From positions 114,795 through 178,794 of the forward strand of contig CAWAID010000008.1 of NCBI GenBank assembly GCA_963782125.1: a DNA stretch of 64,000 bases. The letters run 5' to 3'. Made by a program: the position numbers and the translations under genes. Each line of letters starts with the position of its first letter. Position 1 is the first letter of the stretch. Below the pieces are notes generated by a model. It did not search any database, had not been told where the DNA came from, and saw only the letters and a list, made by a program, of their open reading frames with translations. Below are positions 1 to 9,360 of this stretch, piece by piece. The DNA is from an uncultured Bacteroidota bacterium. Its GTDB lineage: Bacteria > Bacteroidota > Bacteroidia > Chitinophagales > Chitinophagaceae.

Positions 1-93
1 GATATGGTGATACCCACGGATGCCGCCGAAGCAACGCCGGAAGATATTTCCGCGCTGGCGGTGACAGAGGATGGGGAGCTGATTGGAGAATGA
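1..93 (+). CDS. 3' end of an upstream gene (partial), ends at TGA 91-93
   Basis: Open frame 1 from the window edge to a stop at 91-93; no identifiable domain. Confidence 0.3.
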   Translation, partial: DMVIPTDAAEATPEDISALAVTEDGELIGE

Positions 94-177
94 GGCCCGC
101 TACGGCACACTGGCTTAATTTGCAAATCCTTCGCAGCAAATAGCGCCATCTTAGACAGCCCGCTCCGTTATTCCCCC

Positions 178-2178
178 ATGACCCTCGCCCTCTGGCTTCT
201 CGCTGCACTTACTACCCTCGCCGCCGGCTACCTTACCTACCATGCCGATGTGCGCAAGGCGGTTCCCTATCCCTGGCTCACAGCCGGGTTACGCGCGCTG
301 GTGATAGCCTTAGTATGGGCGCTCCTTCTCTCCCCGTCCATCCACATCACGAAGACAGAAACGGAAAAACCCGTCATCGTCTTCCTGCAGGATGAATCAG
401 CATCTATACCTGCCGCGCTGAAAGGCGATACGCCTACTTACCGCCGCGATGCACAGGCGCTCATCAATAAGCTTTCCGCGCGTTACCGCGTCATCACCTG
501 GGGCTTTGGGTCGAATGTGCGCACCGACAGCCTCTTCCGCTTCCGCGAAGGCGCTACCGATATTGCCGCGCCGCTAAGCCGCGCTGCTACCTTCTTCGGC
601 GGGCAGAATCTAGGCGCCGTCATTCTTGCTACCGACGGCCGCTTCAATCAGGGACTGCATCCACTCTATCAGTCACTCTCCATGCGCAGCCCGTTATATG
701 CCGTCTCCATCGGCGATACGGCCTTACCCAAAGACCTGCGCATTCCGCAGGTATATGCGCCGCGCACAGTCGCTAAAGGCGCGCAGGTAGAAGTGCGTGC
801 CGACGTGGTGGCAACCCGCTGTGCAGGCTATAATGGGAGCATTCAGATTTCAGAAGGAGGCGCTTCCCAGGGCAGCGCAACACTTTCCATTCCTGCCGAT
901 CGCTTTGATAAGTCTGTAGGCTTCAGCATTAAAGCTGGCTCGCCGGGACTGCATCACTACGTCATCAGCATCCCGCCCGCGGAGGGCGAGACCAATACCG
1001 CTAATAACCACCGTGACCTGTTCATAGAAGTTGTAGAAGCCAAAAAGCGCATCCTTATAGCTGCCGCGGCACCGCATCCGGATATTGCTGCCCTGCGCGA
1101 AGCCCTTTCAGGCACAGATGCATACACGGTAAGCACGCGCATCGGCGAAGGCGTTCCAACTGACCTGAGCGGCTATGAGGTAATCATCCTGCATGGATTG
1201 CCCTCCGGCGATGCGCCCGCTTTACGCGGGAAGGCTGTATGGTACATCGTAAGCACCACCACCGGAGCGTTTACGACGTCTGCCGCTACGCTCGCCCTCA
1301 CGCCCGGTGCGCAGCATGACGCTTATGCGGCGGCGAATCCTTCCTTCTCTGCCTTTACGCAGCCGCAAGGCTTAAAAGCAGTATTAGACCGTCTGCCGCC
1401 TCTGAGTGCCCCCGCCGGTACCGCAACGCCCGGCCCCGGCACGCAGGTGCTGTTCAATGAACGCGGCGCGGCTCCGCTTTGGCTCGTGCAGCCCGGGGCA
1501 ACGCCGCAGGCGCTCCTGCTGGGCGAGGGACTCTGGCGCTGGCGCTTGTATGAATACCGCTATTTCCGCAACCACGCAGTGGTGGATGAATGCATCCGCC
1601 AGACGGTAGCGCTGCTTGCCGCCAATGCGAGCGACAACCCCTTCCGTGTAAACCTCCCGAAGTACGAATGGAGCGACGGCGAGAACATCTCCTTTGACGC
1701 GTACCTGCTCAATGCCGCCGGCGAACAGATCAACACGCCCGATGCCTCGCTCACCATCACCGACAGCGCGGGCAGAAAGCAGACATTCTCTTTTGAACGC
1801 TCCGGTGCGGTTTACCGGCTGGCGATTGGGCAGCTTCCTGCAGGGTCTTATTCCTACAATGCGACTACAGCTTTCAACGGCAAGCGCTACGCGGCATCCG
1901 GCTCCTTCATAGTGGCATCGGTTCCGCTGGAAGCAATGGAAAGCGGCGCGGATTACAGCCTGCTGTACGCATTGAGCAAAAAGTACGGCGGCAGCGCCCT
2001 CCGCTCCCCGCAAATGGCCCAACTCTACGACAGCATTACGCGCAACGAGTCCATCAAACCAATTATTCAGAGCCGTGACACAACCGCGCCGCTCGTGGAT
2101 TGGAAGTGGTATTTCTTGCTCATCCTCATCATTGCCACGACGGAGTGGTTGCTGCGGAAATATTGGCTGGCGCAATGA
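178..2178 (+). CDS. Hypothetical membrane-anchored protein (N-terminal and C-terminal TM helices; possibly BatD/aerotolerance-operon-like)
   Basis: 666-aa ORF with a hydrophobic N-terminus (LALWLLAALTTLAAG) and a C-terminal TM (YFLLILIIATTEWLL). High GC codon usage is consistent with the core genome. Confidence 0.5.
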   Translation: MTLALWLLAALTTLAAGYLTYHADVRKAVPYPWLTAGLRALVIALVWALLLSPSIHITKTETEKPVIVFLQDESASIPAALKGDTPTYRRDAQALINKLSARYRVITWGFGSNVRTDSLFRFREGATDIAAPLSRAATFFGGQNLGAVILATDGRFNQGLHPLYQSLSMRSPLYAVSIGDTALPKDLRIPQVYAPRTVAKGAQVEVRADVVATRCAGYNGSIQISEGGASQGSATLSIPADRFDKSVGFSIKAGSPGLHHYVISIPPAEGETNTANNHRDLFIEVVEAKKRILIAAAAPHPDIAALREALSGTDAYTVSTRIGEGVPTDLSGYEVIILHGLPSGDAPALRGKAVWYIVSTTTGAFTTSAATLALTPGAQHDAYAAANPSFSAFTQPQGLKAVLDRLPPLSAPAGTATPGPGTQVLFNERGAAPLWLVQPGATPQALLLGEGLWRWRLYEYRYFRNHAVVDECIRQTVALLAANASDNPFRVNLPKYEWSDGENISFDAYLLNAAGEQINTPDASLTITDSAGRKQTFSFERSGAVYRLAIGQLPAGSYSYNATTAFNGKRYAASGSFIVASVPLEAMESGADYSLLYALSKKYGGSALRSPQMAQLYDSITRNESIKPIIQSRDTTAPLVDWKWYFLLILIIATTEWLLRKYWLAQ

Positions 2179-2226
2179 CGTTGAGACGTTGAAGCGTTGA
2201 GGCGTTAAAAAGGTTGCTCGCCCAAT

Positions 2227-2297
2227 CTTTGTCATTCCCGCAGGGAATCTTTGCTCGCAGCATTTGAGATTCCCTGCGGGAATGACAAAGTCGCTGT
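2227..2297. repeat. ~70-bp palindromic intergenic repeat (copy 1)
   Basis: ctttgtcattcccgcagggaatc...gattccctgcgggaatgacaaagtcgctg; near-identical copy at 3754-3826. Confidence 0.7.
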
Positions 2298-2399
2298 AAA
2301 CTTCCAACCCTTCAATGACTCATCACTTCAACGCGCCTGGTACACTTTTTAGTTCGGATAGGGCGAAACACATTCTCACCATCCCAAACCATCTACATT

Positions 2400-2663
2400 A
2401 TGGGCGTTCTATCATGGATACTCTTCGGCCTGATTGCCGGAGCCATCGCAAAGGCAATCCACCCCGGTAAAGACCCCGGCGGCTGGCTGGTCACCATCAT
2501 CATCGGTATAGTCGGCGGTATTCTCGGTGGCTTTATCGGGCTGGCCCTTGGCTGGGGCGATGTGGACGGCTTCAACATACGCTCCTTTCTGCTGGCAGTG
2601 GTAGGCGCAGTAGTGCTGCTTTGGCTATACGCAATGATTACGCGCCGCAGGACTGTGGCGTAA
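2400..2663 (+). CDS. GlsB/YeaQ/YmgE family stress-response membrane protein
   Basis: 87 aa with glycine-zipper TM motifs (GIVGGILGGFIGLALGW) typical of the family. Confidence 0.75.
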   Translation: MGVLSWILFGLIAGAIAKAIHPGKDPGGWLVTIIIGIVGGILGGFIGLALGWGDVDGFNIRSFLLAVVGAVVLLWLYAMITRRRTVA

Positions 2664-2681
2664 AGGACTTGGAAAAACTGA

Positions 2682-2712
2682 AAAGGCCCCGGCAAGTACG
2701 GGGCCTTTTCTA
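2682..2712. terminator. Bidirectional rho-independent terminator between convergent genes
   Basis: Hairpin aaggccccggcaagtacggggcctt flanked by an A-run on one side and a T-run on the other. Confidence 0.6.
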
Positions 2713-2742
2713 TTACAGCAAGTGTTTATATCCGAAAGGATC

Positions 2743-3669
2743 TCATCCCACCAGGTCAATGTCAAAATTGACAAGCTCCACGAACTCGTCCATCCGGCCG
2801 TCAATTTCCTTCTTCGTTAGTTCCTGCAGGCGGCCCGGACCAAATTTTTCTACACAGAAAGACGCCATGGCAGAGCCTACGATGATGGCCGTCTTCATGT
2901 TTTCAAAGGAAATGTCTTTTGTATGCGCCAGGTGGCCGATGAAGCCGCCGGCAAACGTGTCGCCGGCCCCGGTAGGGTCAAAAACCTCTTCCAGCGGCAG
3001 CGCTGGCGCAAAGAAGACATGCTTGCCATGAAAGAGCAGCGCACCGTGCTCACCTTTCTTAATGATGAGGTATTTAGGGCCCATTTCCTGAATTTTCAAA
3101 GCAGCCTTCGGCAAAGAATATTCGCCGCTTAACTGGCGCGCCTCGGCATCATTCACCAGCAGCACGTCCGTCATGGAAATGGCCTGCTTCAGGTCGTCCA
3201 TTGCCGTCTCCATCCAGAAGTTCATGGTGTCCATTACAATCAGCTTTGGGCGCTTGCGCAATTGCTTAATTACACTCATCTGGATGGCTGGCACCAGATT
3301 GCCCAGCATCAGAAACTCGCAGTCCTGATAGCTTTCAGGTATCTGCGGGTTGAATTGCGCGAGCACGTTTAGGTCAGTTACCAGCGTGTCGCGCGTGTTC
3401 ATGTCCATGTGGTAGCGGCCGCTCCAGAAAAAGCTCTTGCCGTCCGGCACCAGCTCCACGCCGTCAAAGACGACGCCACGCGCGGCGAGCCTGTCTATCT
3501 CCGCCCGCGGAAAGTCGCCGCCGATGATGGACACCTGCTTAATAGGCTTATAGAAGTTAGAGGCCGACCAAGCCACATAAGTTGCTGAGCCACCGATGAT
3601 GCGGTCCACTTTGCCGAAGGGCGTTTCCAGGGCGTCAAAGGCCATGGTGCCGATTACTACGAGAGACAT
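2743..3669 (-). CDS. PfkB-family carbohydrate kinase (ribokinase-like)
   Basis: C-terminal DPTGAGDTFAGGF motif and an N-terminal GG dipeptide region characteristic of pfkB kinases. Confidence 0.85.
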   Translation of the reverse strand: MSLVVIGTMAFDALETPFGKVDRIIGGSATYVAWSASNFYKPIKQVSIIGGDFPRAEIDRLAARGVVFDGVELVPDGKSFFWSGRYHMDMNTRDTLVTDLNVLAQFNPQIPESYQDCEFLMLGNLVPAIQMSVIKQLRKRPKLIVMDTMNFWMETAMDDLKQAISMTDVLLVNDAEARQLSGEYSLPKAALKIQEMGPKYLIIKKGEHGALLFHGKHVFFAPALPLEEVFDPTGAGDTFAGGFIGHLAHTKDISFENMKTAIIVGSAMASFCVEKFGPGRLQELTKKEIDGRMDEFVELVNFDIDLVG

Positions 3670-3677
3670 GTTTTATT

Positions 3678-3717
3678 GGAACGTTGGAGTGTTGGAATGT
3701 TTGAGTGTTGGAGGGTT
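3678..3717. repeat. Degenerate tandem heptamer tract (GTTGGAG / TGTTGGAA / TGTTTGAG)
   Basis: Visible tandem units; related tracts at 2177-2206 and 4654-4677, all intergenic. Confidence 0.5.
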
Positions 3718-3753
3718 CGCGAAGGTCAGGGGGTTTGTACTACTCGCTCAAAC

Positions 3754-3826
3754 TTTGTCATTCCCGCAGGGAATCTTATCTCGCAGCTTTTGTGAGATTC
3801 CCTTGCGGGAATGACAAAGTCGCTGT
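3754..3826. repeat. ~70-bp palindromic intergenic repeat (copy 2)
   Basis: Same arms and terminus as 2227-2297 with a slightly different loop. Confidence 0.7.
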
Positions 3827-3851
3827 GGCAGCTTGTTATTCCTAGAAGTCA

Positions 3852-4631
3852 TTACCTCCCGCTAAATACCGGCTTCCGCTTTTCCAGAAACGCCGTCACA
3901 CCCTCGCGGAAATCCGCACTTGCGCCGGCCTCTGCCTGCACTTCCTTTTCCGCTTCAAGCTGGGCTTCCAGCGTATTGGAGAAGGATTGATTGATGAGCC
4001 GCTTGGTCAATCCAAAAGCCTTTGTTGCGCCCTGCGCCAGCCCTTCGGCAACCGTCTGCCACGCATGCGGGAAGGCCTCATCGTCATACACGCGGTACAC
4101 CATGCCCATCTGGGCCGCTTCGTCGGCAGTAATCTTATCGCCCGTGAGCGTGAGGGCAAGGGCGCGCTGCGTGCCTACCAAGCGGGGCAGGAAAAAGGTG
4201 CCGCCGCTGTCCGGGATCAGAGCGATTTTGGAGAATGCCTGGATAAACGTGGCGGTCTTAGCCGCCAGCACAATGTCTGCCGCCAGCGCAATGTTGGCGC
4301 CCGCGCCAGCTGCTACGCCATTTACCGCGGCAATAATTGGCTTCTTCATGCGCCGCATGCGCAGGATGGTGGCATTGTAATGCTCGTCAACCATCTTGCG
4401 GAAGTCCAGATTGTCCACGTCGGTGGCCTCACAAAGGTCCTGGCCGGCACAAAAGCCTTTACCCGCGCCCGTGATGACAATGCAGCGCACTGCATCATCC
4501 TCCGCGCAGGCATCAAGCGCACTTTGCAGCGCAAGGGCCATCTCGCGGTTAAAGGAATTGTACTTCTCCGGCCGGTTCAGGGAAAGGACGCGAACGCCGC
4601 CGATGTCGTTGACAAGGATGGTGGTAGACAT
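3852..4631 (-). CDS. Enoyl-CoA hydratase/isomerase (crotonase family)
   Basis: NRPEKYNSF...ITGAGKGFCAGQDL crotonase signature. Start placed at MSTTILV. Confidence 0.85.
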   Translation of the reverse strand: MSTTILVNDIGGVRVLSLNRPEKYNSFNREMALALQSALDACAEDDAVRCIVITGAGKGFCAGQDLCEATDVDNLDFRKMVDEHYNATILRMRRMKKPIIAAVNGVAAGAGANIALAADIVLAAKTATFIQAFSKIALIPDSGGTFFLPRLVGTQRALALTLTGDKITADEAAQMGMVYRVYDDEAFPHAWQTVAEGLAQGATKAFGLTKRLINQSFSNTLEAQLEAEKEVQAEAGASADFREGVTAFLEKRKPVFSGR

Positions 4632-4703
4632 AAGCGCGAAGGTCGGTGAATCTTTGGAGCGTTGGAATATTGGAGTGTACCTGAACATTCAAACATTCAA
4701 ACG

Positions 4704-5159
4704 CTACAACGTTACAACATCAATAGCGGTCAGCTCCCGCTCCCATTCGCCGGTATGCTGTATGCGGATGCGGATGCGGGGAATGCCTTGCAACAGCTCG
4801 GGCGCTTGCTCCGGCCATTCTATGAAACAGATAGCCCCGGAATCGCGCAGTGCGGCTTCCATTCCGGCATCAACTGCTTCGTCAGCGCTGCGGAGGCGGT
4901 ACCAATCCATATGAAGGATCTTGCGCTCACCGTCTTCTTCCCGGAACCGGTATTCATTAATCAGGGCAAAGGTGGGAGAAGAGACGGGGTCCGTTACGCC
5001 AAGCGTATCGCATAAGGCGTGGATAAAAGTGGTCTTGCTGGCGCCAAGGGAGCCGCTGAAGGTGAACACCCGGCTGCCGGCTGCCCAGGCCCAAAGCTGC
5101 TGTGCGGCATTGCCAACCTCATTCAATGTATAGGCTATACGGAGCGGTGAGCGGTCCAT
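4704..5159 (-). CDS. tsaE: tRNA threonylcarbamoyladenosine biosynthesis protein TsaE (copy 1)
   Basis: P-loop GSLGASKTTF with YHMDWYRL and ICFIEWPE motifs; ~150 aa. Confidence 0.85.
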   Translation of the reverse strand: MDRSPLRIAYTLNEVGNAAQQLWAWAAGSRVFTFSGSLGASKTTFIHALCDTLGVTDPVSSPTFALINEYRFREEDGERKILHMDWYRLRSADEAVDAGMEAALRDSGAICFIEWPEQAPELLQGIPRIRIRIQHTGEWERELTAIDVVTL

Positions 5160-5228
5160 ACCGCGAAGGTATCGAGCGGCGCCGAGGCCGGAACGCTATC
5201 TTCGTCCGGGCCATCCCATTAAATTACT

Positions 5229-6944
5229 TTGTACCAGGAGCAAAGCCCCGATTCCAAGTTCCGTCGCCCGGCGTGGCGATACCTGAATCTGTTACCAGTA
5301 TTGGCGTGCGTTGGCGTTATTGGCGGTGCAGCGGCTTATTATTTAGCCACTTATGCACAGCTATGCGCCTGGTATCTCCGGCTTTATCCCTGCATTTATA
5401 AGGCCGGAGACTGGCAGCGGGAATATTTCACCCCACTTGTCAAGGCTGAGGGCAATACTCATGCAGTCATTGGCGTCTTTATAGCCGCCGCCTCGGCGGC
5501 TTACTTCATCCGCCGGATAATTCGGACCCCACCACCTCGCATGGCAAGGGCGCTAAGGCTGGGCCGGCAGGATGTGGTTGCGCTGTTACTGTTGTATGCC
5601 TTCGGCTTAGCTATCTGGCTATGGGGGGTGCGGAGCTATCCAAGCTACGACGAAGTGTTTTCGGTGATGGACTGCGCCCGGCTGCACCCGTTGCAGACGG
5701 TGTCCTACTACATGCGGCCAAACAACCACCTGCTCTTTAACCTGCTCAATGCTGCACCTGCCCATCTTTTCAGGGACGGCGTGCTTAGCGGGCGCATCAT
5801 CTCCGGATTGGCCAGCGCGGTATTACCGGGCTTGGTCTATCTCTATTTGCGTCGGCTGACCGGTTCCCGGGCCATTGCGGCAATGGCTTGCGTGGTGCTG
5901 ATGCTCCAGTTTGTGGTATGGGCATTCTCGGTGCAGGCGCGCGGTTACGCGCTGCTGCTGGCGGCCTGCTGGGGCGCTTTCATCTTTTTAGAAGATTATC
6001 TCCGGCATGATGACCGGCGCTCGCTGCTCCTGCACGGCCTCTGCATCGTCGTGGGCTGTTGGGCAGTGCCTTCTTTTCTGTTTTGGGAAGTAGCGTTGAT
6101 AGGTTATGCCGCGCTGCATTTTATCCGTGAGCGACGCATCCGCTGGTCTTTGGTGCAAATGCACCTGCTGGCCGCTGCGATGGTGTATGTAGCATACCTC
6201 CCGGCGCTGCTGTTCACCGGGCGGCACTGGCTGAGCGATAATGGCTATGTAGCCCCTTTTACCGGCCCGATGCCGATTTTCCTGCTGGATGCCTGGCATC
6301 AGTGGCGGGGCCTGTTTCAATACGCCTACTCCTACTTTCCTACCGAGCAGAGCAATACGGATTTGCTGCTCGCCTTCCTGCCGGTGGCCGTTTATCCCTT
6401 CGTCTGGCGCAGGAAAGGAAGTGGTCTGTTGCTTTTTTATTGTCTTGCATGGGGCGCCTTCTGGCTTATAGAGCTGCGCATGAAGCACTTGCCGCCGTAC
6501 CGGAATCTGATTGCGCAGCAAAGCCTGTCGCTGGCGGCGGTGGTGATGGCGGTCTGGATGCTGTTGAGCACTGTGTTTAAGAAGATCGTCTTACTGCGCA
6601 AAGGCGTGATGGCAGTTTCATGCGCGGCGCTAAGCATCTGCTTCATCCGCTACAACCGTGATAATCTGGATACGGCTATGTATGGCTATAGCCTGCGGGG
6701 TGCCTGGAATAGCTCAGCCGGTCTGATTGAGCGGCTGCCCCCCGGGACAAGACTGGCTACATCTGCCGAAAGCTTTTATCCCCGTTATGTGTGTTTGCTG
6801 CGCGGTATTCCGGCTTCGGATTGTATGGGTGATGAGGCTTCCATGTATCTGAAACGCAATGATGATGCGTTGCCGACGGAGTATGGCCAACTCGTGAAAG
6901 TGGATAGTAATGACGACTATGAGTTGTACCACATTCAGAAATAG
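5229..6944 (+). CDS. Polytopic membrane protein, GT-C-like (ArnT/PMT family) glycosyltransferase candidate; start uncertain
   Basis: More than 10 predicted TM helices; overall organisation resembles 4-amino-arabinose/mannosyl transferases. Confidence 0.45.
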   Translation: MYQEQSPDSKFRRPAWRYLNLLPVLACVGVIGGAAAYYLATYAQLCAWYLRLYPCIYKAGDWQREYFTPLVKAEGNTHAVIGVFIAAASAAYFIRRIIRTPPPRMARALRLGRQDVVALLLLYAFGLAIWLWGVRSYPSYDEVFSVMDCARLHPLQTVSYYMRPNNHLLFNLLNAAPAHLFRDGVLSGRIISGLASAVLPGLVYLYLRRLTGSRAIAAMACVVLMLQFVVWAFSVQARGYALLLAACWGAFIFLEDYLRHDDRRSLLLHGLCIVVGCWAVPSFLFWEVALIGYAALHFIRERRIRWSLVQMHLLAAAMVYVAYLPALLFTGRHWLSDNGYVAPFTGPMPIFLLDAWHQWRGLFQYAYSYFPTEQSNTDLLLAFLPVAVYPFVWRRKGSGLLLFYCLAWGAFWLIELRMKHLPPYRNLIAQQSLSLAAVVMAVWMLLSTVFKKIVLLRKGVMAVSCAALSICFIRYNRDNLDTAMYGYSLRGAWNSSAGLIERLPPGTRLATSAESFYPRYVCLLRGIPASDCMGDEASMYLKRNDDALPTEYGQLVKVDSNDDYELYHIQK

Positions 6945-7148
6945 CCTGTGTGTATAATATTGATAATATTCAGTTTGCTTAATATGGCTAACAATGGTAG
7001 AAATTTTTAGTATTTTGTTACCAATTTAATATTGCTTTGTATAAAAAAAACTGTTACGAGGAAAGACGGACTGAATGATAAATTTTATGTGGCTAATCTT
7101 CTCTCTATTTAAATACGGGTGTAAAATGAGATTAATAAAAATATAGCT

Positions 7149-7628
7149 TTGCCTCTTACTGCTTGGATCCTGCAAAAAGGTGGCACGCCTAATCAACATC
7201 CATTTGTAACCGGCGAATACTTCCATTGTAAAGTAGATGGTGTTGACTGGTATGCTTCAAAAGATGATGACCCTTTCGCAACGGCGGTTTCCGGCCAGTT
7301 AGAAGGAGATACAATCCTTTTTGTGGCAGCCTATCAGGGGACAGAAAGTATGGGTCTGTTGATGTATAAGAGCAACGGAATTGTTGGTAATATCTCTCAT
7401 GAATTATCAACAAATGGCAAAGGCTCAAATGCCAATTATGATAATGATCTTTCTATAAATCGTTTTGAAACTGATTCGGTACATAAAGGGGCAGTCGTGC
7501 TTACCCTTCTTAACCGAAGTAAAATGCTTGCGGAAGGTAATTTTTCATTCACAGCATATCATCCGGCAAAGCATAAAACCGTCAATATCACCGAAGGTAC
7601 TTTCAGCATCTATTACCAGCCTCACTAA
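7149..7628 (+). CDS. Hypothetical protein in an AT-rich segment (start uncertain)
   Basis: ORF preceded by an AT-rich region 6950-7150 containing a TAnnTTTG-like -7 box. No recognisable domain. Confidence 0.3.
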   Translation: MPLTAWILQKGGTPNQHPFVTGEYFHCKVDGVDWYASKDDDPFATAVSGQLEGDTILFVAAYQGTESMGLLMYKSNGIVGNISHELSTNGKGSNANYDNDLSINRFETDSVHKGAVVLTLLNRSKMLAEGNFSFTAYHPAKHKTVNITEGTFSIYYQPH

Positions 7629-7824
7629 GGTCCTGGCCGGCGCAAAAGCCTTTGCCTGCGCCTGTTATCACGATGCAGCGCACCGCATCATCCCCGGCGC
7701 AGGCGTCCAGCGCGCTTTGCAGCGCAAGGGCCATCTCGCGATTAAAGGAATTGTACTTCTCCGGCCGGTTGAGCGAGAGGATACGGACGCCGCCGATGTC
7801 GTTGACAAGGATGGTGGTGGACAT
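7603..7824 (-). pseudogene. Truncated enoyl-CoA hydratase paralogue (N-terminal 66 aa only)
   Basis: ~87% nt identity to 4434-4631. Homology ends after GFCAGQDL and the frame runs into unrelated sequence. Confidence 0.65.
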
Positions 7825-7846
7825 GGGCGCGAAGGTAGGTGGAGCA

Positions 7847-7875
7847 GTTTGTCAACTTTTGGAAAGTTGACAAAC
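7847..7875. promoter_or_regulatory. Perfect 10-bp-arm palindrome gtttgtcaac-N9-gttgacaaac between tsaE copy 2 and the hydratase remnant
   Basis: Visible inverted repeat; could be a terminator hairpin or an operator. Confidence 0.4.
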
Positions 7876-7883
7876 TTAGCCGC

Positions 7884-8333
7884 TCACATCACCTCCTGCG
7901 CGGTAAGCTCCCGCTCCCACTCACCCGTATGCTGTATGCTGATGCGGACGTGCGGGATGCCATTCAGCAGCTCCGGCGCTTTTTCCGGCCATTCTATGAA
8001 GCAGATAGCGTCCGTGTTATTCAGCACGTCTTCCATCCCCGCATCCACGGCCTCATCGGCGTTGCGCAGGCGGTACCAGTCCATGTGATAGATGGTACGC
8101 TCGCCGCCGGCCTCCCCGAAGCGGTATTCATTGATCAGCGCAAAAGTGGGAGAAGACACGGCGTCTGTCACGCCCAGCATTTCGCAAAGGGCGTGGATGA
8201 AGGTGGTCTTGCCGGCTCCGAGGGAGCCGCTGAAGGTGAAGACCCGCGCATCCGCCGCCCAGCGCCATAGCTGCGCGGAGGCGGCAGTAACGTCGGTAAG
8301 ACTGTAAGTAATGCGGAAGGGTGGGCGCTGCAT
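7884..8333 (-). CDS. tsaE: tRNA threonylcarbamoyladenosine biosynthesis protein TsaE (copy 2, diverged paralogue)
   Basis: GSLGAGKTTF P-loop; ~75% aa identity to copy 1. Confidence 0.8.
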   Translation of the reverse strand: MQRPPFRITYSLTDVTAASAQLWRWAADARVFTFSGSLGAGKTTFIHALCEMLGVTDAVSSPTFALINEYRFGEAGGERTIYHMDWYRLRNADEAVDAGMEDVLNNTDAICFIEWPEKAPELLNGIPHVRISIQHTGEWERELTAQEVM

Positions 8334-8435
8334 GGCGCGAAGGTATCGGGAGGAGGATATATGCGGCGATGCAAAAAGAACGGCCGGCCCTTTGGAGGCT
8401 GGCCGTTATACTGTTTTTAAAAGCTGCTACCGGCG

Positions 8436-9338
8436 CTATTGCAATATAATACTGCGATAGGCCACCTCACCATCGGCTGCAATGCAGACCTTGTATACGC
8501 CGGGCGGCAAGCTGCTCATATCCAGCGCAGTATGAAACGCTGTGCCCTGCGGCCCATAGCTGCGGCGCAGTACCTCCGCTCCGTTAGCGGCATAAATAGC
8601 CACGTTTAGCTCTTTTACAGCCTGCCCAGTACCGAGTGATATATTGATCAGCCCTTTTGCAGGATTGGGCGACAGGTCTGCCTGTATAATGCTTAACGTA
8701 CCTACTCCTGTTTTAGCAGCGAGGTCTATGCCGAGGTCAAGAAAAGGTCCAATGGTGGCACTTCCTTTACTGCGCAGAGAATCCCGATGGCCACTAAGTG
8801 TCCGAGGCTTCGTGCCGGTAACTGGTAAATTGGTAGCCATCAAATCAAAGCCAGTATTGTTAGGCTTTGGCCCCATGGCCACTTCTACTACCATAATTTT
8901 ATTTGGATCATAATAGAAGGGTACGTCAACAGGAATCTTAATCCACTTACCAACTGTATCACTGCCTTGCACAGTAAAAGTTGCATTCAGAATCGTGGTC
9001 AGACCGGTTTTAAAGGTATCATATACTGTGCTGGAAAGATTCCAGAAACTATCAGTCGTATAGCCGATCTTGACACTCAGGTTATTGTATACAGCGGGTG
9101 CAGTGTATCCGTAAGTACGCCCCACTCGTAAGTATATGGCGGAAACATTCCCTCCGGATATACCCGGAAAGTTAGAAGAATAGTAGATCGACTGATATTT
9201 AACTTGGATCGTTGTAAATCCAGCAGATGTTGCCGCCCCTGTTCCAGAATATTTTGTGCACATGTATTGTGGGGTCTGTGCGAAGACTGGATTTAACAGG
9301 GATAAAATAACGAAACTTATTGCAATGAAACGTTTCAT
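8436..9338 (-). CDS. T9SS-secreted protein with C-terminal sorting domain
   Basis: Signal peptide MKRFIAISFVILSLLNPVFAQ; C-terminus ...GVYKVCIAADGEVAYRSIILQ typical of a Por/T9SS CTD. Confidence 0.7.
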   Translation of the reverse strand: MKRFIAISFVILSLLNPVFAQTPQYMCTKYSGTGAATSAGFTTIQVKYQSIYYSSNFPGISGGNVSAIYLRVGRTYGYTAPAVYNNLSVKIGYTTDSFWNLSSTVYDTFKTGLTTILNATFTVQGSDTVGKWIKIPVDVPFYYDPNKIMVVEVAMGPKPNNTGFDLMATNLPVTGTKPRTLSGHRDSLRSKGSATIGPFLDLGIDLAAKTGVGTLSIIQADLSPNPAKGLINISLGTGQAVKELNVAIYAANGAEVLRRSYGPQGTAFHTALDMSSLPPGVYKVCIAADGEVAYRSIILQ

Positions 9339-9360
9339 AAAATCGTCTATGGGTTAAAGT

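Noticed and set aside
1384-2307. 307-aa ORF antisense to the 178-2178 gene, and many similar long antisense ORFs (3987-4649, 5988-6521, 12247-12795, 13576-14052, etc.)
   Set aside because: They lie entirely inside better-supported genes on the opposite strand in GC-rich DNA, where spurious open frames are common. No domain signatures.
6945-7150. AT-rich 200-bp block as a possible origin-like or invertible promoter region
   Set aside because: No flanking inverted repeats or DnaA-box-like repeats were found by eye. It is more simply the promoter/leader of the AT-rich hypothetical gene at 7149.
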